Shown in pieces: positions 12,301 to 23,500 of a stretch of 64,000 bases of DNA. The notes beneath the pieces are model-generated. The model did not search any database and was not told where the DNA came from. It worked only from the letters and a program-made list of their open reading frames with translations. The translations under genes and the position numbers were made by a program. Within the stretch, counting starts at the first letter, position 1. Each line of letters starts with the position of its first letter. The DNA comes from Heteronotia binoei (taxonomy: Eukaryota): the NCBI RefSeq assembly GCF_032191835.1, contig NC_083229.1:53630001-53694000 (forward strand), written 5' to 3'.

Positions 12301-14805
12301 CTATCCAGGGAAACCATTGCTACCTGCCTGGAAAAAGTGTCCTGTTCTTTAACATGGGGGGTGGGCTCTGTGTCTGGTGTTATTGTTTACCTCCATGCCC
12401 CTTTCCACCTGTTAAGCCTCTGCTAAAAGGACAGGACATTTTTCTCCAGGCCTGTGGCAACCCTATCCATGTAGCTCTTATTGCTCTGATGAAGGCAGAA
12501 ATGCAGGATATAAATTTTCAAAATAAGCAAAATAAAATGTGGAGCCATTTGCAGTGGCAGAGGGACAGCCACATTACAGTTTTCTCACACTTTCCTTGTC
12601 TCAAGCCAGTATGGCTGTCATTTCCCACCACCACTGAGGACTTCGTAGGCTTTTTAAAAAACAAACAAAGAGAATTATTAGATTGCTATAGCACAATAAC
12701 ATCACAACGATCTTTGGGCATGATCTACCAGAGCCTCAGAATTCCAATCTTTCCTCTTTTTTTGAAGAAAAATTTCCTTTTCTTTACAGAGATACAAAAG
12801 GAAACACTTCCCCTTATATCTTTGCAATGAAAGGGGCTGTTGAAATCAAATATGAAGAATAGTCTATTGGTTTAGAATACATTTTGACATCAATAGAAAA
12901 GATGTGAAGTGGGTAAGGTTCAAGGTGGTCACCAGCCTGTCCTGAAGGTGCAAAAAATGAGATATGAAAGATGTCATATTGAGGGGGGGGGGGTGCGGAT
13001 CAGCACAGAAATTATGGAATTCCTGAGACTGTGTGCGATGATGGCTGGCACAGGATTTTTCTAATCTCTATGAGCACTATAGTAGTTTTGTTTTCTATAA
13101 AGAAAGTACACCCAATTTGTCCATTTGACTGCAAAAAGTAAATGGGCATATATGCTAATCCATCCAAAAAGTCTGCAAACACCTCTGCCAATAGTATATA
13201 CAGTAGATCATGCTATTTCTACATCCTGTATTTTGCTACCTTTTGTAACATTTCCATCATGCTATCCTAACAAGAAGCGTAGTACATAGGCCCCCTCTCC
13301 TATATTTTATCCTCACAACAACTCTGTGAGGTAGGTTAGGCTGAGAGAGAATTACTAAAGCAAAGTCATCCAGATAACATAACAGCAGAGCCGTGATCTA
13401 AATCTTTGTATCCCTAATTAGACCACTGGAGGGAAGACAGCATGGTATAGTGCACGGTAGCCAAACTGTAGTTTGGGAGCCACATGTGGCTCTTTCACAT
13501 ATTATGTGGTTCTTGAAGCCCCCACTGTCCTGTCAACCAGCTTAAAGAAGGTATTTGTCTCTTTAAAACACTTCTCTAAGCCAAACCAACCAGTGGCTTG
13601 GAGAATGCAAGTAACAGTTGCTTTCTTTCCACCTCTCCCTCCCTCCCCCTCCCTCTCTCCCTTCCTTCACTCAAACATTTGATGTTTATTCTATGTGGCT
13701 GTTACATTAAGCAAGTTTTGCCACTCCTGGTATAGCATAATCTCATCAGATCTTAAGAGCATAAGAGAAGCCATGTTGGATCAGGCCAATGGCCCATCCA
13801 GTCCAACACTGTGTCATACCATGGCCAAAAAAACCCCAGGCACCATCAGGAGGTCCATCAGTGGGGCCAGGACACTAGAAGCCCTCCCACTGTGCCGCCT
13901 TCACAAGCACCAAGAATACAGAGCATCACTGCCCCAGACAGAGAGTTTCAAAAATACACTGTGGCTAATAGCCACTGATGAACCTCTTGGCTTATAGACA
14001 CTGATGGATCTTGGAACCTAAGGAGGGTCAGTACTTGGAAGGGAGATCACCAAGGGAGACTCTCCAGAGGATGGAATGGCAAACCACCTCTGTTTCGTGC
14101 TTGCCTTGAGAACCCCTTGCTGGGGTCACCATAAGTCTGCTGCAACTTGCTGGCACTTCACACACACAATTGCACCACTATGCCACACTGGTGTGACAAC
14201 TTCACCATTTGTAATATTCCTTGAAAATAAATACAGAATCCCTTCAGGTTACAAATAATGTTTTCCCCAAAACAGAAGCATGATACCTTTTCTAGGCCCA
14301 ACTAAGTTTTACAGACTCCTTCTCAGGCTATATTTTTTAAAAGAATGGGAAATTTAAAAGACATTATTAGCACAATGCATGATGCAGGGCACTTTGCAAA
14401 TGGTGACAGTCTTAAATGGATGATTCAGGAAACAGACTAATGACATTAAGATTCAGGAAACAGACTAATGACATCCAAAAGAACTCAAGTTGCAACACAG
14501 CTTAACTGGAACAAATAATCAGTGGCCATTTCCCTTTAAAGACAAAAAACCCCAAAAATATTTGGCATTAATCAGAACAGATACTATTCTTTAAGCAACA
14601 ACAACATAAAAATAAGCATTTCTAATCACAGGAGAATACTCCCAAGAGTTTTGTAACAGCATGGGAAATGAAATCAAGCTGGTAACTTACCACAGGAAGA
14701 ATATGAGAGTACTAAATCAGGTGACCTGCAAAGTAGTTGTTTTTCTTGTGCCGCAATAAATCCAGAAGCCAAAAGAGTTAGAAAAACAATACAGCATATG
14801 TCCAT
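6221..14805 (-). CDS. LY96: Lymphocyte antigen 96 / MD-2, complete CDS: join(14805-14691, 12189-12100, 10965-10837, 8078-8026, 6334-6221), 166 aa
   Basis: Hand-spliced exons of 115/90/129/53/114 nt join in frame to MDICCIVFLTLLASGFIAAQEKQLLC...EPC...LCIGEDDAYTFCGALKGETVNTT...FFCMNFTLIL. This gives a signal peptide, six disulfide cysteines and the MD-2 motif DDxYxFCxALKGETVNTT. Exon sizes 90/129/53 and adjacency to TMEM70 match the mammalian gene as recalled. Confidence 0.93.
6585..7465. mobile_element. Penelope-like remnant with inverted terminal segments in LY96 intron 4
   Basis: 6585-6690 (gagtccagtggcaccttgaag...cttcttcagaca) is the approximate reverse complement of 7345-7465 (tgtctgaagaagtg...aaaggtgccactggactc). 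The family assignment is an inference. Confidence 0.55.
8026..8078 (-). CDS. LY96: LY96 exon 4
   Basis: Acceptor ctattttgcag, 53 nt encoding (E)TVNTTTRIAGDKANYPM, donor |gtactt. Confidence 0.9.
9710..10005 (+). mobile_element. Sauria-type SINE
   Basis: tRNA-like head (GAGTTCGATC box B), core ggctcaaggttgactcagccttccatcc, BovB-like tail; TSD TAACCACA(C/T)GT at 9699-9709 and 10006-10016. Homologous copies at 22.7 and 42.4 kb. Confidence 0.85.
10837..10965 (-). CDS. LY96: LY96 exon 3
   Basis: Acceptor ttatttttatag, 129 nt encoding RDVTFLRTTTVLWYERKKVLEWRQVLCIGEDDAYTFCGALKG, non-canonical donor AG|GCAAGT. Confidence 0.92.
12100..12189 (-). CDS. LY96: LY96 exon 2
   Basis: Acceptor tttttctcatag, 90 nt encoding (G)SSIETLVFGVEPCYLNGFSKWKGTIFWIP, donor |gtgagt. 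Confidence 0.9.
13755..13985 (-). mobile_element. CR1 3'-end fragment inserted into a 5S-derived SINE
   Basis: Shares the CR1 tail seen at 4868 and 35812; flanked by two halves of a 5S-like sequence. Confidence 0.75.
14422..14474 (+). repeat. 25-bp direct duplication (28-bp period) in LY96 intron 1
   Basis: GATTCAGGAAACAGACTAATGACAT at 14422 and 14450. Confidence 0.9.
14691..14805 (-). CDS. LY96: LY96 exon 1 coding part (signal peptide)
   Basis: ATG at 14805; MDICCIVFLTLLASGFIAAQEKQLLCRSPDLVLSYSSC; donor |gtaagt. Confidence 0.9.
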
Positions 14806-14859
14806 GACTTTAAATCATTTTTAACAGCTGCTATTACAGTAAATGGAGGAAGGTAACAC

Positions 14860-15140
14860 TACATTACTTCACTTTTAATTAAGAGGAACAAAAGTTACGC
14901 TTAGTCACCCTCCCTTAGTCACGTGATTTCTGAGAGTTTGGCCTGTGGTTCTTCTTACATTTCCAAATCTTTAATGGATACTTTAATTGGTTATTGGTAA
15001 TTTCAGGAGGAAAATAAGAAAAGGTCAGTTTACTGATAACCTAATTTATATAAAACTCCATTTTCAGCAACTGAATTATAAAAGAGAAAAAGATTGAGCC
15101 ACCTATTTATATAACATTGTCAGATAAGGAAGTGAAAGGA
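14860..15140 (-). promoter_or_regulatory. LY96 proximal promoter with candidate myeloid/interferon motifs
   Basis: GGAAGTGAAA (ETS-IRF composite) 15128-15137, E-box GTCACGTGAT 14918-14927, two AP-1-like TTAGTCA (14901, 14915) and ATTGG (CCAAT) boxes near 14987-14997, all within 350 nt upstream of the ATG. Confidence 0.45.
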
Positions 15141-16036
15141 GGCTTCGGAAACACATGAAAACAAGCATATTCAACAATCTTTCTTGGGAGTCGTCTTCAG
15201 TAATTTCAGTGGGGCTTACCTACATGTAAAAATGGCTAGGGTTGCTGCCTTACTGTGCATTCCTAAAAACACTTTCCTGGGATTGGGAATAAGCCTTTCT
15301 AAAGAGAGCAAAGTAGGATTCGGAGTAGACCTGTTTAGAACTGCTCCTTTATGCTACACTAAGCAGGTCAACTCAATAAACTGCTTACTTCTAGAGAAGT
15401 GTTTGTAATATTGCACTGTTAATTTTCTTAACAAGAAAGACATAAGAAACAACTGGAAACAGATAAAAGCTCTATTGTGGTTTAAGAAAAAAATAGCTAA
15501 TTCTGCAGCTGATCATGCATCATTTTAAATCGTTGATCTGCCTGCTATATGTAGAAATGTTTTTAACCACAGTAGCTAGATTTTAGAAAATGTCATTATG
15601 AAAACTGAATTCTGGTATAATATAAGAAACTCTCATATATTGGGAGCATATCTGAACCAGAGGCTTAACAATAAGGCAACCCAAATACCTGTAGTTCTGG
15701 ACTGATTCTGCCACTCTGCTTGGCAGCTGGCTTGAGGAATGAAGTGCTTATGGGAAGGGCCTACCCTTATGAGCGCTATAAAATTTAAGCTGTAAGCACA
15801 GCTGAGTTTAGGGCTTTTCTGGTTGCATTTAATTTCTTATCTTGGATTAGAACTTCAATCTCATGTGAACTGAAAGTTCTGACATTAAGTTACATACACA
15901 ACAGGTCAAATTTCATTCCCCACCCCCACCCCATAAGAATCACTGGGGATCTTGGCACCAAACTATGATACTGAGACTTCTTTGGAGGAAGCTGTAGCAG
16001 TTAAATAGAATCAGAACATGGATGGTAGATCTCTGA

Positions 16037-16323
16037 GGTCATTTTTGCACTTACCTCCAGCCGGCGTGACCCCCCTCCTCACCGCGCAGGATCTGCGTGG
16101 ATTTCGCACTAAATGCCGCGGAGCAGCCTTTTGTGCCGGAAACTCCCGGCGCAAAAGCCGCTCAAACGCCAAACTGCTTTTTGGCGATTTACGTTTGAGC
16201 GGCTTTTGCGACGGGAGTTTCCGGCGCAAAAGGCTGCTCCGCGGCATTTAGTGCGAAATCCGCGCAGATCCTGCGCGGTGAAGAGGGGGGTCGTGCCGGC
16301 TGGAGGTGAGTGTGAAAACGACC
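16037..16323. mobile_element. Palindromic (fold-back) MITE, probably PIF/Harbinger-type
   Basis: The two ~130-nt arms are near-perfect reverse complements around a ~23-nt loop (16169-16191). Ends are GGTC...GACC, flanked by a 3-bp TGA duplication; CpG-rich. Confidence 0.8.
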
Positions 16324-19300
16324 TGAGAGTCAGACCCTTGGTTCTACTGTGTATTGATATTGGTGTGCTTTCCAAGGACTGCTACCTTAGATTAATCCAT
16401 TTGTTGAAGTGAGTTTTGAAGGCTGGAATCCATGTTATTACTTTCAAGATTTATTATTTATTTAACTGGCTTTCTATCCTGCCCTCCCTACACAGCAGGG
16501 CTCATTACAACAATTATAAAGAATTAAAAATTAAAACATGTTAAAACCTATTCAAAAGATTGCACAACTCAACAAGATAGCTATCAGGCACGGTTAACAA
16601 GTGCCCCCCAATTTCTATGTTTGCTTGAGATGGACCAAGTACTGGGTAAGTGGGCAAATCACAATCAAAAACACAACATTAATGGTGCAAGACCTGGTGG
16701 AACAGGGGAGGCTGATGTAACCCACTGCCTCAACCAAACAGCTGGAGGAACATGTTTTCCAGACCTATGGAAATTTCTGTAGTAGGTTCTGCAGGGCCCT
16801 GATCTTACCTGTGAGAGTGAACTGTCCTACTTTCTTAAATCAGTGGAAATGAAACCCCTGGTTATGAAAGGCTATCTCCTTTCATAGGTATCTATGTGCC
16901 GACTACAGTTGTGAGGCAGCCATCTGTTGGCCATCCCACACTTAGGGTAGGCTATCTGGCATTGACCAGAGCTTGGGACTTTTCCTTTATGGCCCAGGCT
17001 CCTTGAAGACACAAGGGGGGGCCCTCTTGGAGATCTTCAGAAGGTGCTGTAAGGCCTATCTCTTTGCCAGGGCTTTCGGGGGGGGTTGAATTGCTGGAAT
17101 CTTTTTTGGGGAAAAGGGGAGATATTTGGGTTTTGCTATTTTATTTTTTGTTTTCAACTGACAATATTTTTAACTCTTATTGTAAGCCACCATGAAAAAA
17201 GACAGGATAAAAATGTTTTAATAAATAAATGCTTAGCTAGTTGAACTCTCCTTAGTTTAGCACATGGGAATATTTAGAAGTGATGGAGCTGTAGTTCTGC
17301 TGTGTTGCACATTCTTCTTGAAAGGTGTTAACAACAAGGTGCACTGAAAATCCATATCCAAAACAAGCTAAGGACGCTGAAGTCAAAAGGTGGAGATGAG
17401 GCCAATTTCTTCTCTTTGGTTTCCCAAATAATTAAAGTACCATTGAAACAACTAATGTGCATTATTGTACAGACATTTGTGCTTTAATGTCAAATACATA
17501 CCTATCTGGTTTTATATGTCATTTTTATCTCAGTTTAGACAATGCAAAGCTTTTCTAAAGTCCCATTGGTGTTTTGGCTCAGGAAATGTGTCCCTCTAGT
17601 GGCTAATGCTGGCACACACAAAAAATATTTGTGTCCCTTTCAGATCTTTTAGGAGACACAGGCACCAATAGGAATGCGCACACACGCACACCACACAAAT
17701 TGGTAATATCCAAATCCAGAAATATTTGGGGCCAAACTATCTGGAATTCCAGATACTTCCAAATACTACTATCTTATATATCTGAATATACAGGAGATAT
17801 CCAGATATTTGGCCCCATTATATCCTATGGGCCACTGAAGTCAATGGCAACATAGGGTACAATAGAAGCTGTCTGGAGGGGAGGGGGTTTGGGAGAGAGC
17901 CTCCAAAACTGCAGGGCAGCTCCAGGGGACTCTATCTCAAGTCCCAAAAAGATTGGACCAGGGGGTCCCAATTCCAAGGACATCCAAAAAGAGTGCCCCC
18001 ATCCCACCATTATACCCTATGGGCCATTAAAGTCAATGGCACAACATAGGGTATTATCAAAGACAGCTGGGGGACGGGGGTTTGAGGGAGAACCCTCAAA
18101 ATGGCAGGGCAGCTACAGGGGGCTCTCCCCCGATGCCCAAAAAAGCTGGACCTATCTGAAGGCACCCCAAAAGGCCCACTACTCCCCAGAAACAAAAAGC
18201 AGTGCAGCCCTCCCCCCCCCCCCCCCCGCCCAACAACACAACCAGAAAAAACATTTGGGATTCAAATGAAGAACATAATAATTATACACTGGTCTCACTT
18301 ATTTTAATTGTGTTCACTGCCTGTCACCATTTTATAAGTCAGTTTTCACTCATTTCAGTGGAGTATACTTCATATTAATAGCTGTTTGCTGATACTTGCG
18401 GGTCTATCAATCACAATCAAACTAATGGAAAATAGCTCGATGAAAGCTCTGATAAGTCTATTGGCAAAAGGCAGAAAAACTGTAGCCATTTGGATGCACA
18501 AACATCAGAAATCAAGAGTTTCAAAACTACCAGTTCTTTCACTTGAAAAAAAAATCCTATTATCACATGCTTTGATTTAACTGACATACACAGACCAAGG
18601 AGAAATAGCAGCTTAATTTTTTTTAATTTAAAACACTCATTTGTTAAAAATATTTCAAGAAATCCTTGTCCCAGTCTAAGGTTTCATATCCATACTGCAT
18701 TTACAAAGGTAGCCATTAGAAACACTGTTCACTAATGCTGAGCAGTGGCTTTGGACTCAATGTCTCAGTATCATCCCAGTATTGCCAAGTCTTTCTCTAA
18801 ATATGCAGAAAGATGGCACAAGCTGTGGAATTCACTGTTTCCATGTGAGGCTTACAGTGGTGTTTTGTAAATGCAAAGCATACATTGGTCACAGCCTACA
18901 TTCATATTACAAATCCTTCCCTGCACCCTTGTTCCACAATAACAAAGATCAACCTGGATGTAAATATACACATTCTGAAGGACCCAAAAGTGAATTCTCA
19001 TGTGTAGGAATGTTCCAAGATCCACAATACTGCACAGTGAGGGCTTTTTAAATTGAGCTTTTGTACTTCAGTGTATGCTAAGAATGCTTCAAGTTCTAAC
19101 ACAGTAATCCCAAATCTTGTGGAGCCTGTAGGTTTTGGAATTTCAAGAACTGGCAGCAGGCACCACCACAGCATGACTCCCATAGATTCTGGTGCAAATC
19201 ACAAAATGTTGCAAGGTTCCAAGCAAAGCATCCTCCTGGAGGCAGCAGTTTCAAAATGGGTGCTTCCAACAGGCACAAAGGTGATTTCTCCCTAGCTCTT

Positions 19301-20056
19301 CTGGAACAATTCCTTGGATTGGCTCTTTGATTTGAGCAAGAAAGGAAGTGGGCACTACAAATTGGTGGGCACTATGGGATGCACAAGGACCACACTGGAG
19401 ATCATTGTCCTGACTAGCTGCAAGCTGTGGTCATCAGTGAAGTTAATGCCTTGATAACTAGACAGTGATGGATTGCAAATTTTGAAATAATATAGTGACA
19501 CTTGCCACTTTAAGAACAAATTCCTATTGTACACACAGAGCATACTTCACCTATCAGATTCAAATAAAATATAGAGCATGCTGTCCTTGAATTTGAACAA
19601 TTTGTGCTATTACATAAAGACTACTGTGTTTAGAACTTATTTGATTGTATTTCCAGTAATTCTTTCCAGAATATACTTGGCCTTGGCTGAGAGGGATTCG
19701 CAAGAGTATTACAACTCTGAAGAAAAATTAAAGAATTGCACATGGGAAAATGGGGCATTGTCCATCCTGAACAAGAAGCATGTAATTACAAGAGTACCAC
19801 TCATACACAGATGGCCCTCTAAAGTTTGCAACATGGAACACACAAATGTCAGATGTAGTTAATGATAAAAATAGGGCTTACACTAATCACACATAAGCAC
19901 CCTTTGGATACACTCTTTCTTCATAACTAATTTCAGTTTTAATCAATATTTAATGACATTATGAGTGAACTTTTTTTAACAGAGAAAAGCACTTTCAGGA
20001 TTTTGCAATCTGTAACAGGACACTGAATCATCTGCATATATACAAACTTCCAAAAC

Positions 20057-20529
20057 TCAAGCATCTGACATTTTAGAGTTCTGTTTGCCTTCCGCTGATT
20101 CGTCTGATTCTCCCAAGTCAAAAGAGAAGGGTTTGTCATATCCCATAAGATGGTTATAGTCCTGAGGATACTGGAAGAGCCCTGGGTTCACAAGCATTGA
20201 CTTTGTTCTAGCATAAAATGTTGTGAACAACTTGCTGATGTCTGGGATTTTCACATCCTTCTGATGGAATACTGTTTTCTTTTCTGCCAAAATGGCACTG
20301 TATGTAATGGCTGTGTAGGTGTCCGTTTCAGCCTTATGATACAACCGAATCACATAGCCCTTTGTAATTAAATGCAGGGTGACTGGTGTTATAAATGTAA
20401 ATAATCCTACAATACTATAAAAGGCAATTTGCAAGGGCAGGCTGTTAAAACCCACACCTGTTTTGAAGATGATGAGAGGCATTATGCTAAGGCTAAGCAT
20501 GCTGGTAGAATAGGAGAAAAATTTCACAC
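20057..20529 (-). CDS. TMEM70: TMEM70 exon 3 coding part
   Basis: Acceptor tcttttgcag|GTGTGAAA; the TMEM70 domain runs to TGA at 20059-20057 (ORF 20057..20563). Confidence 0.95.
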
Positions 20530-23500
20530 CTGCAAAAGAAAGACAGCAAAGGTAAAAAAACACTGAGTTTACAGTAACTCCTCTTGCAGTTGGACAATAT
20601 ATATTATTGGCATGCAGCCGTTAACCATAAACAGCACTCAGGGTCAGTTCCACAGAAGATGCTGCATGTGTAAAAATCCTTGCACAAGTAAGTACTAACA
20701 TTTTTCCTCACTATCTGCTTACACGGAGTGAAAGCATTTCTATCTCTCCCTATCTCTTTTGCACGTGCAAACAGAGCACACAGTATTTCTTCAGGTACAG
20801 TTCCAAAACCAAATTAAATGAAACCATCCAATGTACATTCAATTGCTCCAAATGTATGTTGTGGTTTTGCTGCTGCAGGCATTGCACCAATGCTTGTAAG
20901 TGGAACTGTACTAAGGCCATTGTTCCTTTCCTATCCATGAACTGCTGAACCCAACCAATAGCCCTTTAGAGTACTTCTAAAAAACAGTTTGCTACACTTG
21001 CAGTTTGACTTCCATCCAGGATAACCCACCCTCTTACCTCAGGAAGTCAGCCACAAGGACCTCATAGCATGCAATGATTCCTGTATGCAGCATGGACTGC
21101 CAGAGACTAGCATGTGCCAAAGCCCCACCCCCTGCCCACATGTACTACACATCTGATTCTCTCAGTTATCACTTTCTGAGGTGCCCTTCATACAAGCTGC
21201 AGCAGAATAGCAGGAGGTTCCTCCATGGCTTCATCCCCCTGCGCTGCTGTGCAATTAAAGGCCTGACAATTGGTTAGGCTTGCAGGGAACAATCAGATGC
21301 TGAGGATTCACACAATTGTTCTTTCTTAAACCCTTATAGCATTACAACAGCACCATGCAATGAAGCTACAGAAGGAGTCCCAAACATGCTCAGAATTAAA
21401 AGTAGGGGGTTGAAATTCTGAGATTTCCCCACATAAGCATGGATGTTGGTGCTGGACACTAAGTGTTCACATTACAAAGTCATAGTTTGGATTCCTTTTT
21501 CCCAACCAAAAACACCCATGGAGTCACTATTCACACTACGGCAGAAGCTTGTGTATAGCAATCAGAATACATAGATTTTCCCAGCTGGGCAGTGTTTCCT
21601 TGAGAAAATGGCATTGGGGTGAGGGGTAGGCTAAGCACTCTCCCCTGGATCCAGCAGTCCCAAAAAATTAGGCCCCAAGGTGCCTTAGAGGCACAGAACA
21701 TGTCTTTGTAATATGTGAATCAACCTGAATTCAGAACCCTAAGAACTTCTACTCATATTTTTCAAAAGTGAAAAATGCACTCTTAGAACCTTACACACAT
21801 ATTTTTAAAGCCAACTTTTCTTAAGCCTAAAGAGATAAGACTTAATTCGGTGCATATTTATTGAGAAGATTTCAACTGAGCAAGTGTCTATAGAACTGCA
21901 GCTGTAGAAGTGGGTGGACAATGCCTGGCACTATCTTGGAAGTGAAAAAAGCAGACACACATTGTATGGCTACATCTGGCTATATCTTCCAGAAGTAGAC
22001 AGACATCCAAACAAGCATGATATGTGAAGCAGCCTGCCCTGGCATTGGGCACTTGGATATTGATGCAACCAGGGGTCATTTTGTAGAAAAATAAGTGGTG
22101 GAGCTCATCCAGGGATTGCTATGCAGCTGCACATACTATTCAATGGACAAGCAGGTGAAACTCTCAGAATGAGGAGATGGAACTCTCAGAAGGGTTCAGG
22201 AGCTGTGAGCTCCCACTGAATCTGAGGCCTGGATGCAACATTCTGAGCTGCACAAACATACCTGGAGACTCACTCATGCTTTTGCTTCTTATTAAACCAG
22301 CCTTGCACACTGAGACACCCACCATTCTAGCCAACTTGTTCTGAACTACCCATTAGCAATACTCCCTCTCCAGTCATAATGCTCCTTAACTGGACCAGGA
22401 CCAGCAGTACAAAACACTTATAACTGATTCTGCTAGCCATAATATCTTGTGGAAGTGGTGTACCAAGGCTACAAAGAATGCCATTGTGCTATCATACATA
22501 TATCTCCCTTCCAGTCTCTCCTCGCCCTGAGCATGAAAGACCAAAACATCCTGACTTCTTCAAGCTGAGAGTTACCCAATTGACTGGGGGCAGCTATCAC
22601 TCTTCCCAGGCAAGGGCCTACCTTGGTACTGGTAAATTAAGAGATCAAGATGAGTAGCTGTGTTAGCCTGTCTGTAGCAATAGGAAAGAGTCAGTAGCAA
22701 CTTAAAGACTAACAAAATTTGTGGTAGCATATGCGCTTTCGTAACAGATGCCCCGTGACATAGAGTGGTAAGCTGTGCTACTGAAGTTCACGCTCTGCTC
22801 ACGACCTGAGTTCGATCCTAGCAGAAGCTGGGTTCAGGTAGCTGGCTCAAGTTTGACTCAGCCTTCCATCCTTCCAAGATCAGTAAAATGAATACCCAGC
22901 TTGCTGGCAGTAAAGACTTGCTGACTGGGGAAGGCAATGGCAAACCACCCCATAAAAAGTTTGCTATGAAAACATCCTGATGTGATGTCACCCCATGGGT
23001 CGGTAACAACTCTGTGCTTGCACAGGGGACTACCTTTACCTTTTATGCACTTTTGTGAGTCACTACTCACTTGAATCACAAAAGCTCATACCCTACCACA
23101 AATGTTGTTAGTCTTTAAGGTGCTGTTGGACTTTTACCTTAAACAGTTACCCCATTCTAAGTCAACACTGGCATCAATGGACTAGAAGGGAGTAATGGCT
23201 TAGGATAGTACTGTCAATAATCTAAATGAAGAATTTCATCTTCTGCCCTTAGCATATACCAGGGGTGGCCAACGGTGGCTCTCCAGATGTTTTTTTGCCT
23301 ACAACTCCCATCAGCCCCAGCCAGCATGGCCAACGGCTGGGGCTGATGGGAGTCGTAGGCAAAAAACATCTGAAGAGCTACTATTGGCCACTCCTGGCAT
23401 ATACTCCCAAAAGTACAGACTGCATTAAAAATTACTCTCAACATTTAAAAACGATGTTTCAATCACTTGCAAGATTAGAAAAGATTTAGAAACAAGAGAT

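Noticed and set aside
12354-12830. 158-aa plus-strand ORF
   Set aside because: Antisense within LY96 intron 1, no motif and composition typical of random intronic sequence.
16011-16412. Four overlapping near-identical ORFs on both strands
   Set aside because: These are an artefact of the GC-rich palindromic MITE.
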